Position numbers and translations under genes: made by a program. Shown one piece after another: positions 1 through 13,244 of a stretch of DNA of 44,700 nt; the stretch's first letter is position 1; each line of letters begins with the position of its first letter. The DNA comes from Conidiobolus incongruus B7586 (taxonomy: Eukaryota), in the NCBI GenBank assembly GCA_000697335.1, contig JNEM01010216.1:1-44700 (forward strand), written 5' to 3'. The notes beneath the pieces are model-generated. The model had not been told where the DNA came from. It saw nothing but the letters and a program-made list of their open reading frames with translations, and did no database searches.

Positions 1-480
1 GCTATAATTATTTTAATTTTCTTTTAAACTTTTATTAAATTATAAGGTATTTACTTTATATTTTGATTAATTAAACTAAGTTTAAACTTAAGTATATATA
101 ACATGCTTATATAATTAATATTAAATTACTTTAATAGTTTTTTAACAAAAAAAATAAGCATTTCTTAATATATTTTTTTACTCTATTTATAAGTAAAATA
201 ATAATAATAGAAATTAATCTTTTAAATTTTAACAAATTTTAAATAATGTCCCTTTTAGTATTAAAATTATAAATTTTATGATATATGGTAGTTTTAGATA
301 AAACACCATCTTTATAAGTTGTTTACAAGTTTTAAATGATTTTAGAAGGTTTATAATTAAGTTTTAATATTATAAAAATAAAAACTTTATAATAATTACT
401 ATCTAATTTAAGTATAATTAATTTTAAATATAAATTTTAAAATCAAAATATTTTAATAAAAAAAGAATTAAAATTGAATA
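1..480 (-). repeat. AT-rich degenerate dispersed repeat, copy A (cut by window start)
   Basis: The reverse complement (e.g. ttataaaccttctaaaatcatttaaaacttgtaaacaacttataaag) aligns by eye with ~20390-20820 and ~30420-30870. Confidence 0.7.
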
Positions 481-2527
481 TATATATAGTTTGAAAATAT
501 TTATTTTCCTATATATTTTATATATAAAAAATCTTTCAAAATATATAATATGTTTAAAAGATCAGAAATTAAAAAATTTACCATTTCTTAATTTTTATAC
601 TAATATTTAATTTTATACGACAATGATCAATATAAAAAATTCTATAAAAATATAAATTCTTCAGGAGTATCATATGTATAAGTAATATCAGAATTTTCCA
701 AATATATTACTTTTTATTTGCAAAGTTAAAAATTATTAGATAAGATCTATAAAATGATATTTGTTTATTTTATTTATTTGTTTGTTGATATTTCCTTTTT
801 TGTATTTGCACTGTGAAACTAGAGCAAAATTTTCTGGGTAGATAAAGTATAAATCATGATATTGAATTGATTGTATTGGATTGAGACAGAGTGTTAATGA
901 TTTAGGCTTGTAAATTCAAACTCCTCTAGGTCCCTTACTAATGAAAATTATATTTATTTTTTACAAGGTGTACTAGTAACCAATCTACATTACAATATAT
1001 TACATTAAATATACTATACAAAAAATGAGGGAATAATTGGATTATTGAATATATTTCTTTTCGTCCTTCATTATATACTGGTAACATTAACACAATATAT
1101 TTCAGGAAATAAACCATTAAATTTATTAATTTAGTTTCAAAACCATAGAGTCAATATAATTATATTTATTTTAAACAATTTTCCATAGATATTTTTAAAA
1201 AAATTACACGTTCATGTAAATATGATAATTTCAATCAATTCAATAAGTGAAACAGAAATATTTTAATATTAACTTAAATATATTTAATTAATACAGTTAA
1301 TTTAAGGTCATTTTATGATATGAGATAGCCTATAATTATTAAATTTGATTTAAATATATTTTAGATTCTATTATGAATTGAAAGAGTAATGGACCCTATT
1401 ATAGAAAAGAAAACACAACAGAAATTTTTATTATAATATGTAGAATATTTTTAGATTCATTTGCTAATTACCAGACTGATTTAATATAGAAATCAAAGAT
1501 ATCCAATTTGATCTATTGCAAGATATCATTGTTTATTTAAAAATCATTAAAAATTATGTATAAATTAAACAAAAGAATTATTCTTGTTAAATTAGAAATT
1601 TGAAACTATATCTCATTCATGATATTATGATTATTAATTATTTCTCTTATAAAATATGTTGTACACATCAAAAATTTCAAACCTTCATTTTAGAACTTGA
1701 AATTTTCAATGATTTAATTACTTACAATCAACAGTATTTAAAACATAAATAGAATTAACCACGAGTATATATAGGTATTTAATAATCAAATTCAAAAACA
1801 ATAGAATAATGTATATTTCTGATTTATTGACCATATCAAGTGGTATCATTGGTGGAATATAATGGCTTAAAGGTATCTGAAATATAATATACTAATATAT
1901 TAGATATTTTTCAGATTTTGAGATAGTGGTTATAAATTTCATTTTTAAAATTAATAAATTGAAAAAAATCATTATATTCAGCATTTCAATTGAATGTAAT
2001 TTTGTGATTATTTTTACCTGATATTCTAATAATGGTATATATATATTTTTTCAATAATATATGAATCTATCCTCTAAATTTGTTGATTGAAATAGGAGAT
2101 TAAATTTCATTGATATAATATTAATATATTGGAATGAAGTATTAAAGTAAATAATTTTGAATAAAATTTTCAATTAATATCATATATTAAATTGTGGGGC
2201 TTATAACTATGTTTATTAATTTTTGGATTATTCAAATTTTATGAATTAGTTTATATTGGTTATCAAATCGGCTCAATAGTTAAATAATTAATTAATATCA
2301 ATCCCATAATAAATCATTAAAGACGCCATAATCATAAATGTTTATTTTAATATATAATGAAATTAAAATACACCTTAAATGATTAATTAATTGATATTAT
2401 ATTAGTTTAAAATAATTTTATTTATTAAACAAAAATAATATTTATTTATTCCTGAAAAAAAATAATTATTCAATGATATTTATTTAAAATTATTTAATAT
2501 AATAATTACTATTTTGATATTTATTAG

Positions 2528-4749
2528 ATGAAGAAAATACATCCGTTTCATTCTTTTAATATTAGATTAATCTCTTCAAATAAAATACTTCGCTCTAGTA
2601 AGGGCTCAACTTGTTTATTGAATTTTAATGGCCTTCAAGTTCGTTGCTTTTCTCCCGGATCGGTGAGTGTAATGTATGAAGCAGTGAGAAGGAAATGTGA
2701 AATAACTGAAAATTCAGATCAAATTGATTCACCATTATCAACGAATATTATTAAACCAAATGAGTAGGTATTAGTTCTCATTAGTCTATAATGTGCAAAA
2801 ATACATCTCCAGTATTTTTAATCTAATTAAATTTTAAATTTAGTGATAATTCAGTTTCAAGAAATTACAATCCGTGGAATATACTACTCAAAGACTTTAA
2901 ATACTATGAGAGCACGATACCTTCACCCAACTACATTAAAAGAAAGATACTGACAAAATATCTGGCGCAAAATAATGTACACGTCACTCTCAAATTGAGT
3001 GGACGATCACTCAGAGAGCTAGCGAACGCTCAAAAGACAATTTATAATTATTCGCAGAAAACTACACTGAGGCAACCCAATATGCATGCACTTTTAAAAT
3101 CCAATCCCGGCCAGTTTATATTGATCATTCAGCATTTAATAAATGACGAAGCCACTTCTGTCGCCATGGTGATCTATTTTGACTTAGTCAATCATTACTA
3201 TACCGAATATCCAGATTTAATAAATCAATGTTTTAAGCTCTTGAGTGATCTTTTACTGGACGGCCATAACCTCAGGCAAAAAATGCAATCAGCTGCACTC
3301 ATATGGGATTATTTTCATTATCTTCATCTGAATGCTGAGCCTCTAGAGGATAAATTTCATTTGACGATCATTCACGAACTACTCAATTTGAATTTAGTAC
3401 AACTAACATCTGATTTCCTTCCAAAAATCACCTCTAACAAGAACAAGCTAACGAGTTTATTCAATAAGCTAATGCATCGCATGGATGGGATGGACAAACA
3501 TCAAAATGTGTGCAAACTATATGATTTGATGCAGTGCCGAGGGATTCAACCAAATGTGCAAAGTTTGACTATTGTTCTGAATTCATGCGTCAAGTCAGGT
3601 GATACTAATCGATTTCAAAATACTTTTGAAACCCTTCAGTCATCTTTTGATATTGACACGGTAAGAACGCCGACGTTCACCGTTCTATTGAAATCTTTTA
3701 TGAGACTCAATTTGGCTTGTAGTTTCAAACATCAAGTTCTAGAATATTTGCAAAAGACAAATTGGAAGCCCAGTTTTCATACTGCATGTGTAATATACCC
3801 TCTCATAAGGAAGTATACCGTTGGACCTATTAATAAGTATCTACGGGGGACTCTCATACCCAAGATCAATAAGGACCATCCTTATGTCAAGAACTTGGAA
3901 TTTAACCATCTCCTCATCACGAATCCCCTTGAACCGGATATATTTATTAATCTCACAAGCAAACAGTTTAATCGGTTTCTTGAACTTGAGCCTCGTCAAG
4001 CTGAGATGATTATGATTCATTTGGCAAACAACTCCCCGATCCCTACCTCCAATACTCTTTTTAGTCATTATTGCACAAATAATTCTCACAAGTACATCCC
4101 CAGCCTACCATTGATCACCAAGCTGATTCACTGTAATTTGAAGCAAGGTATATATCAAAAGGCTCTGGAATATGTCGAGTTAATAGCCATGCTAAGCTAT
4201 ACTCCAAATTACGTAACCCACTACGCTATACTCAATGGATTATATACGCGCAGGAATATAAAGAAAGTCAAAGCGAGTTTTGACCAAATAGTGAATAATG
4301 GAATTCAACCCAATGGACTTCTATATGGACTGATGATCAAAGTATATTTAGACGAATCCAACCTCAGACTAGCTTACTACTACTTCGAGCAGCTTTTCGA
4401 AAACGGTATCATACCATCCACTTTCGTGTACAATACCTTGATCAAGCATTCCTTCGACAATCGACGCATCCACTTTGTCGAAGTCCTCGTTAACTCCATG
4501 ATGAATCACAATGTCGAATTCAACAGCCACACGTACTACATTCTCATTAAAGGCTTCTTCATCTGCGGCAACGAACCGCGAGCCTGCAGTCTCTACGAAG
4601 AGTTCCTCGATCAGGACGTCCCTCCCCATCCCAAACTCACGGAATTCTTAACCACTCATGCAACCGTATTCGCTCCGATTGAGAAACGCTTTCAAACCAA
4701 GCAACAAAAAAATTCATTGAACCACTTCAACAAAATGAATATTATTTGA
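2528..4749 (+). CDS. Pentatricopeptide-repeat (PPR) protein, probably mitochondrial; join(2528..2763,2844..4749), 713 aa
   Basis: A GTAGGT...CTAAT...TAG intron at 2764-2843 joins ORF 2528 in frame to ORF 2995. Repeated 35-aa PPR-like units are present (GIQPNVQSLTIVLNSCVKSGD, GIQPNGLLYGLMIKVY, GIIPSTFVYNTLIK). The N-terminus is basic, Ser-rich and free of acidic residues. Confidence 0.85.
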
Positions 4750-6340
4750 AACAATCGTCAAATTAAAAACACATTATTTATAGATATAAAAAGTAAATAA
4801 GCATTCAAAAAACAGTCATATCAAAAATTACAATGTTTTATTAGGAATTATCCAATGATTTCTTTAAATCGAAACATAATTGAATTTACTATTATATATT
4901 ATTTTTTGTAAAATTAATTATTATATCAGTTAATCAAGTATAAAATATTTGAAAAACAATTAATACATTACTCCAATTTAATTATCAATAACAAAGTCTT
5001 TACATCAATCCTAAAATTTGAATTAAATGAATTTCATGATCAATATATTAAATTCCATTTAGTCAATTTATGAATGCTATTAAAATGATATTCATGATAA
5101 ATTGATTTAGAATGATTGGTATTTATGGTCGGTAAATGAGTTAAATAATTTAACATACTTTTACTAGTTAAAAAATATCACATTAATTTAATAATTCAAT
5201 TTTAATTTTTTTAGGTTTATTGGTAATAATTTCATAATAATTTGATTTTATAATCATTCTCATAACATTAGACAATTATTTTGATATATTATTCTGATCT
5301 TGGTAATCAAATATTGATTACTGATATATAGAGATCAAATATATACCTAGCTTATTTGAATATTACTAGAATAGATCAATAAATTTAAAAATTAAAATAT
5401 GTTAAATGTAACCCCTAGATTTTGAAAAAGCACAAGTCCTAATATCCCAAAATGTCCCAGATAATACTGTGAATTAGATTTCTTAATCTCTACAAGTGTG
5501 TTATTTAAAATCTTGAACAGTTCAGAGTTATGGGACTTGTTCAATTGGTTTTTTATATTTTAGACAAATTTTGGTGTCTTACACTCAATCAAAATCCCTA
5601 GTACACAGAATTCAACAACATTGAACCATAAATTTCAAGGGAGACTATTAAACAAATTAATTAAAGATCAGCCAATCATGATTAATTTTATATATATTCT
5701 TAAATTCCCCACATATGAATAATTGAATATTCGATTTGATAATTATGACTAAAATTACTGGTGGTTGGAATGAACATATTAGTCATATAATGTTATACGC
5801 TTTACATCCCAAATATTATATTGTTCCAATCAATCATCACTCAACATATATAAAACTAATAATTATACTCTCAATTCATGATGATTTTATTTATAATGTG
5901 AATAGATATATGATTATAAGTATGCTAGTGTATTTAAAAATAAATAATATGGAATAATTAGTTTATCAGATTAAAAAATATTCCATGTGAATTTGCAACC
6001 TATAAGGACCTAGGCTTGAATCGATAAATGTGGGAAATGGTTTTAATACGTTTTAACGAATATATGATATTTCAAATATGAGAATCTGTAGTGTATCATG
6101 ATTATATTGGTTACGAGTATTTGATATGATATGATATGATATTAAGAAGGTGTTGATGATTGTCATTAAAATCTAAAATCCGTGAAATCCATAATTGATT
6201 ATAGTGATAAAAGGAAATTATCCGAAAAAGAAAAGCAAATCAATCCTTATTTAAACTAAGACTAAAGTACCAGTATAAATATACTCTAGTACCGCATCAA
6301 CGTAAATCCATTTCGTCAATAGAGTCAACATATGTAGTAG

Positions 6341-8117
6341 ATGAATTCATCCTTATTATCTCACAGCTTTATATCGTCGAGTAGCTGCCTTAGCAGTCCT
6401 TCGATCCTATCTACACCCAGCAGCTATCAAAATAGGAAATCCATCAGTTTTGAAACAATTTTTAAAGAGTTGATAGAATCTGAAAAGAAGTACCTATCCG
6501 AATTGGAATTAATTCAGGTATTCTAGTACATATATAGCTATGATCTGTGCATATTAATAGTTTTAGACCTATAGTTATGAAATCCAGTCCAAATTCATTC
6601 TAAATAATAGAGATTTCGACAAGATCTTTCAAATCCCATTCAAATTGATTAAATTTCACAGGACTTTTTTAAAAAATATTTCCCAAATCAAAATCAATTA
6701 TGATTTGGATATATTTGACCATTTGAACGATTTGGCTAACTGTTTCCTAGTGTTTAGATCCAAATTTTGTTTGTATTTGGATTTTATAAAAAATTTTAAT
6801 CAGTTGGAAGTTTTGATCAATAACTATTGGGATTACTTCAGGTCCATTAGCAATATTACGGATAAAACTTTCAGTTTCCCTGCTTTAGTCCACCAACCCA
6901 ATTTGAGGCTGACGCAGTACACGTTCATTCTTCAACAGCTGCTACATTGCGTAGATCCCAACAGTACGAACCGAATCGTGATGACTTCGTACAACTTGCT
7001 CACAAGAGCGTTCCAAATGATGCGGAGTTTGAGCGCGAAGCTCAACCAGCTGAGTGCCAAAAACATCCAGCATCACGAGAGTCCCCACCTCAATCAGCTA
7101 AAGGAACAAATTTACTACATGGACTATCTCACAGCCCTCAACCTCGGGGAGAAATCTGTGACTTACAAAGTCATACTCACTCCAACCAAGTTGATTTTCA
7201 TTCGAAAATTCAAGAATGGAGTTGGACTGTTGAAAGCCAAGCAGCATTCCATCCACTTCAAAGAACTGAATCAATCGTTTCAATTCAACAGCGACCAGTT
7301 CAAAAAGCACCAGATCAACATTAGCGATATTATCCAATTGAATCCCCTGCACTACAAGAACCAAAACATTATAGAAATCCTATGGATGGGGATGAAGCTG
7401 AAGGTAGTGAGACTCACGAGCAATTTAGACGGTAGCTTGAAGACATTTCAAGATATTTTGATGCGAGTGATGGAGTTCCACAAGAGGAAACAGCTTACCG
7501 AGCACAGCTTCTCAAGTACTAATACCAAAAGATTGAGCAGGTTCGTCATGATGAAGAATCGCATCAAGGAGAATAGATTGTTGAGGCTGGGGTTTACACC
7601 GAGTCCATTGTCCAAAATCATCGAAGTTGAAGGCATTGAAGAGTCATGTGAAGAGAGTTCCACAGACAGTAGTAGTCCCAAGACCACCGAGAATTGCAGC
7701 GAGTTAAATACCCCAATGGTACGGTACAGCGATCTCAACCGATATTCCAATATCAATAGCATCAGTCAACTATCGATGGACTATTCCTTCAACTTTCATA
7801 GAGATCTGTTCCTCAGCTGTAAGGTCCATCTCAACAACAGTGAATTCATGCTCAAGAAATTGAGATACCCTTCGAGTCTTCACGAAATTATGTCTTGGCT
7901 CAAATTGGCACTCGCGAATCACAAGCAATATCAGCATCAACTAGACGCCATACAGCTGAAGTATCTGGACGAGGATGGCGACTTGATCAAAGTGGAATTG
8001 GAATCGGAATTGCAAGAATTTATCCTAGAAGTTGCGGAATATCAGATTGGTCTATTGAGAAATCACAATTTCAATTCCATTCAAATTCATCTTTGGCTTC
8101 AGTTCAAAACTTTGTAA
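6341..8117 (+). CDS. Rho-family GEF, DH-(PH)-PB1 architecture (Cdc24/Scd1-like); join(6341..6517,6567..8117), 575 aa
   Basis: The DH start FKELIESEKKYLSELELIQ continues across a GT-AG intron at 6518-6566. A degenerate DH CR3 motif (QPNLRLTQYTFILQQLL) and a C-terminal PB1 OPCA motif (LKYLDEDGDLIKV) are present. Confidence 0.8.
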
Positions 8118-8356
8118 TATTATTTATTTATTTTTCATTAAAATCGACATTTAATAAATTGTCAAATATTGATAAAATATAACCATAGTTGAATGATATT
8201 AGATAAAACAAGATGAAAAACAAAATCGATGTAATGATAAAACAAAAAAAATATCACTTAATTTTGTGGATATATGTATAAATAGTTTTTCAATTATATT
8301 AATATTTTACCATATAATCAACTATTGTTACTCATTTGAAAATATTATTTAATATA

Positions 8357-11300
8357 TTATAAAGACTTTCCACTTAGCACTTTAGTAATTAGACTATGGA
8401 TGGAATCAGCACCCACTTCACTAGTACACTTGACAGTCACTCGATACATCTGTCGCTCCATATTGGGCTCAATACGCAATAAGCATCCCTCCTTAATACC
8501 TTGGGAGAAATGAATCACTCCTGATGCTACGACATTGTCGGGCTGAGGGTCGACTTTGTCCAATACTTGGAAGTGGAAGCCTTTGACTGCTTTCTTGACT
8601 TTAGAGATATCGATATTGACGCCCGATCTGAAAATGGATTGAGCTTCTTTATTGCCTGTGAGATGCTTCCACCGCATGAAGAATTCTTGACTGGAGAGTG
8701 TTACAGGTTCGATGAAATTGGTCAATACTATTGGCAATTTTACAAGTACCGATTGCGCTCCATTTGTGACGTAGGTAATGCGCACCATTGGCACTTGGGT
8801 ATATGGTTTGATACATTCTACTTCAATGGTATGTTGGAGCTGAGCTTTCGAAGGAACAACATTAGAAATTGCTCGCATAGTTTCGATCCTGACTCCCGGA
8901 ACTTTATTGGATACATTAATTTGCATTCCTGTCAAGTTAATATCCAATTTGTTCCCCAAATACAACACAATTTGACCTTTACTAAATTTGTATTCGGATT
9001 TGAAACCTAATTGGAAGTGAGCATCCTCAAACAGTAAACCTTCCCTATTGAAGAGCGACTTTTCGAATAATTTCTCGGTATTGGCACCTGCTGCACTCCC
9101 TGGAACTGCCATTTCGTCGTGAATAGACGATCTGTTATTCGCGGTGCCATCCTTCATGCCCAACAGGTCGGCCTCCTTAGGATGGCCAGATATATTGCGA
9201 TCTTTGATATCTTTATCCACGATTGTCCATGTCCTACGGTCACCAGTATCGGCATTCTTTTTATACAAACAGTTCAATAAAGTATTCTCCCGCTCAGGGA
9301 ATGGTGGCATCTCTTCGCATATGGTTTGGATTAGATCTTCGTTGGGTAGATTGGCAATGGTAAAGTATTCACATGCTCGTTGCTGGAGTTCGGTATCTAA
9401 AATATGGCGATATTGATTAAACACGGATGTAACTTGATCACGAATTTCGGGGAAGAGGTTTAATAATTTGATATATGTAGTCAATAGCAAAGATCTGGTA
9501 GGAAGAGAACACATGGGAAATTTGGAGTGTAATGCTGTGAATTGATCAATTGGCGAACAGTTTGGTAAATGAACAATACGATCTCCATATTCTCCAAGAA
9601 GGTATCCGCCAACTTTGACAGCTGTTTCATGATAAGTATTTTTCTGGAGACTGGATAAGACAGTTTGTGTTGCATACTCTCTCAAATTCTCATTATTTGT
9701 TACGATTTGCACTACACGATACCAAACTTCTTCCCCTACATAGTCACCAGCTGTGGTAATCAATTGAAGAATTGTATCCACATACCACGAGTATTCAGTC
9801 GCATACTTTTCTGTCAAAATAGCTATTTTAAGAACCATTTCCTCTCTTAAGCTGTAATCCGCTGTACCTAGGACTCTTAATAATTCAGCTACGACCACCC
9901 GAGCATTGGATACATCACACAAGCTATACAATAAATCAAGTGCTCGGCGTCTGACAGAAATATCTTTATCTCTAAGGTTCAGAATGACAATATCTTGGTG
10001 ATTTTTAAGCGCATCAGGATTCTTAATGACAGTAGCTAAATGCGCCATAGTATCAAGACCCAAATATCTGACATTTGTCTCTTTAGACTGGATAAACTTT
10101 CCTAAAAGTACAGTGGAATCGGTAACAATGCTCGATTCTGGATCCAAATGAATTGCTAGATTTATAGCTTCAAATAAAACAGAATTTTGAGCGTTTGCAT
10201 GCTGAATATTTTTAGGCTGTTCATTCACCGCACTAATGATAGTATGCAACACATTATTCAGCTTTTGGTGAACTCTCCGATCTTCAGGAGGTGGACAATA
10301 CTGCAAAAGTCTCAAAATCTTCACTTGAAGCCAAGGGATTGGAACCTTGTAGTAAATATAATCTTGACTATATTCCTTTTCAACTACGATCTTATACAAT
10401 CGGTTAATAACAATCTCGCTACAAGATCTATATTCGTGGGGAAAGCTTTGTGAAAGTGCCATGACTAAACTAGTGGTACATATTAAAACACCCAAGTCTG
10501 GATCTTCCAAAACTTCAATAATACTGCTGGCCCAATCCGATGCAAGAATATAATGAGGATATTTTCTGTACAGACGTAGTAGGCAGAGTGCAGACTTCTT
10601 TTTGACGAAGGGCTTGGAATTTCCTACAAGTAGTCGATGCACGTACGGAGACAATGTTTCCGACATTTCTCTAGATCCAATATTTGCAATTGCATGCAAA
10701 GCTAAACAATTAAAAATCTCGTTAGGATCTTCCAAATCCTTCTTCATAGAATTAATTGCCATATTTAATAAATCGCTATTCTCATTTAACATTAAACTAG
10801 CCGCCAAATATCCCTAAATTCACCATTCATTAGTTAATAACGGTTACATTATATTTAAGGTAACTATTACGATTTGCTTTTCCGAAAATTTCGGTGAACT
10901 TATCAAATGAACAGCTTCGGCGTGGCCAAAATCGATTTCGTAACCAAGAATATAGAGGTATAAAAGTTTACAGATATATTTTTTCTTGTGATATCCGCTC
11001 AAACTAGAATCTAATAAATTGAAAAGATATTAATTTTATTTATGGATAAATGGGGCTGAATGAATTTTGAATATTGGAATAATGACAGTGTAGTTATATA
11101 AAATTTGTATTAATGATATAGCTGTTGTTAAATAAATTAAATTATTCGAGATAATTAACCAATATGTAAAAAGATAGTGAATAAGATATAATTCAAAGTA
11201 AAGCTTCAAATACTATTACCTTTAAACTTAGTTCTAATATTAGCCATTTCTTTATTAATTCTCTTAATTTCAGCCTCTTTAACTCTACCTAATTTCCAAT

Positions 11301-11385
11301 TAATTCTATCTATTTTATATATTCAGTAATATTCATTACATTTTCTCAAATCTAGAATAAATACTGTCAAGCCTCTCATAGACAT
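8357..11385 (-). CDS. APL3: AP-2 adaptor complex alpha subunit; complement(join(8357..10813,10871..11010,11220..11288,11340..11385)), 903 aa
   Basis: The spliced N-terminus MSMRGLTVFILDLRKCR..KRINKEMANIRTKFK..YHKKKYICKLLYLYILGY and internal YYKVPIPWLQVK and DISVRRRALDLLY are alpha-adaptin signatures. An ear domain lies at the C-terminus. All three GT-AG introns keep frame. Confidence 0.95.
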
Positions 11386-11730
11386 TTTTTAAGTTATTAA
11401 CTTAATAAGATTTACCAAACGCTGAACACTAAGTTAAATTATATATAAAATAGGTAGTATCAACAGTTAATTGAATGAATAATAAAGCCTAAGATTATGA
11501 CGTATTTTGGCAATTTATTAAAGAACCCTTAAAGAATTAAGTGGATCAGATTCTATGGGACTGGAAGATTTGAGATAATTGTTTCAATTTTATAAATAAC
11601 AAATTGAATAATTAAAAATTATCCAGGTTATTATTTATGAAATTTTAAAAAATATATATATATATAAATTATGTATTTAATAAAAATATAAATACAATAT
11701 ACTAAAAAAGAAGACTCATTGAACTTTAAA

Positions 11731-11805
11731 CATCCAACGTGGGAGACTCGAACCCACGATACTCTTATTATAAGTCCAATGCCTCACCTACTGAGCTAAT
11801 CCGGC
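11731..11805 (-). pseudogene. Degenerate tRNA (tRNA-Lys-like body; anticodon position reads TAT)
   Basis: The minus strand reads GCCGGATTAGCTCAGTAGGTGAGGCATTGGACTTATAATAAGAGTATCGTGGGTTCGAGTCTCCCACGTTGGATG. It has an A-box TAGCTCAGT, a B-box GGTTCGAGTC and T-stem GTGGG/CCCAC. The acceptor and anticodon stems do not pair and the T-loop is enlarged. Confidence 0.7.
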
Positions 11806-12149
11806 TTACAAATTAGTTTAATAATCAGTTTTGTATATTTTTTATTATTGAATTCCATTGATAATTTATTCTTATCAATTTATTTAATTTTCCCCACATC
11901 AATAATTTATTTCAATTTATTTATTTATTATATTTTATTATGTTAAATAAATTTTGATTATTTCAAATCTTAGAATTTATTCTATGTTTTATAAACCATA
12001 ATAATATTATATTTAAATATCTATATAAATTAACTCCATCTCGTTAAATTCGATCACGATTTATTTCATTGATTTAAACGACTAATTTATGATAAATTTG
12101 ATCAACCAAATCTGTAATTGATGCTCTAATCAATTTATTTGAGATCATC

Positions 12150-13244
12150 ATGTTAATTAGACCTATCAATTCTAGCTCAAGTTCCAGTGCTAATGGTAGT
12201 ACTAGTCCTAGAGCCTCATCAAATGCCCAAAGCACTTCCCCAACACCGAAGCCAAAAACTTTGAATACTAATTCAAACCGATCTATTAAGCAACTACCCA
12301 CGACGAATAACCAAGAAGCACTATTCCAAATATTTCAACTCTTTTATGCTATTATTCCGATTGGCCTGTCGATAGCTATACTGGGCTACGATTTCGACCA
12401 AGAGTTCTGGATACTGAGTCTTACTTTTGCATACTTATTCATATTTATTAAATATCCTTGGGACTTGTACTACGCCTCCGTCCCTCGAAACCCTATCAAT
12501 ACAGTAGAATGGGCGTCACAACCGATAGAACCTGGTAACGCGTCGGCCGAAGCACTTCGATATCAGAGAAGCTTGGAACTCTCAACTCGCACTTGGTTCA
12601 GCTTTCTGCTTACCATACTAGGTCCGTTGTTAGGTGGATATTCATTGACGTACATAAGGCCCTATTTAATATCATATGAAAAGTACCTCGCAAATTTTAA
12701 CATTTTATTATTTGTTATAACGTGTGAAATAAGACCATTATTACATATCTTTCATTCTGGAGTAGCAAAATCAAGACATCTTCAAGCAGAAGTTCACTAC
12801 CCTAACGCTCTGGTTGATCAATTGCAGATACGAGTGCGACAGTTGGAAGAAGAGATGCTACAGCTGAAGAAAGCATATGCGACCAAGCGCGAGGTGATCA
12901 GTATGAAAGAAGGATTCCAACCAGCATTCCAATACATTGGCAGGATGGTCCAAAAATCGGAGCGCAAAACTGACCTCTATATGAGCTACGAAGAGGAGAG
13001 ATACCAGAATTTAGAGCAAAAAGTGGCCGAATTGAGTGATTTTATCGGCAAACTTCCAATGAACACTCATCAAACCTCCTATATTACCACTCTAATTAAT
13101 GGGCTCTACCGCATTTTTACATTTTTTCCCAATCTAATATGGTCTATCCTCATCTTTCCATTTCATTTATTTTATCAGACTATAGCATTAATTATTCGAT
13201 ACTCACCCATTAAGCATTTTAATGATAAACTCTCCATTTTTTAA
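12150..13244 (+). CDS. Uncharacterised multi-pass membrane protein with coiled coil, 364 aa
   Basis: Intronless ORF with a Ser/Thr-rich N-terminus, about four hydrophobic segments (including FIKYPWDLYY), a heptad-like stretch LVDQLQIRVRQLEEEMLQLKK and a hydrophobic C-terminus. Confidence 0.8.
   Translation: MLIRPINSSSSSSANGSTSPRASSNAQSTSPTPKPKTLNTNSNRSIKQLPTTNNQEALFQIFQLFYAIIPIGLSIAILGYDFDQEFWILSLTFAYLFIFIKYPWDLYYASVPRNPINTVEWASQPIEPGNASAEALRYQRSLELSTRTWFSFLLTILGPLLGGYSLTYIRPYLISYEKYLANFNILLFVITCEIRPLLHIFHSGVAKSRHLQAEVHYPNALVDQLQIRVRQLEEEMLQLKKAYATKREVISMKEGFQPAFQYIGRMVQKSERKTDLYMSYEEERYQNLEQKVAELSDFIGKLPMNTHQTSYITTLINGLYRIFTFFPNLIWSILIFPFHLFYQTIALIIRYSPIKHFNDKLSIF

Noticed and set aside
6121..6143. 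(GATAT)n short tandem run
   Set aside because: Ordinary microsatellite. No spacer-separated CRISPR-like repeats were seen anywhere in the window.
8567..10817. Antisense or alternate-frame ORFs within APL3 (likewise within PPR, RhoGEF, URA7, VID27 and FucT)
   Set aside because: These are shadow ORFs of well-supported genes and contain no motifs.
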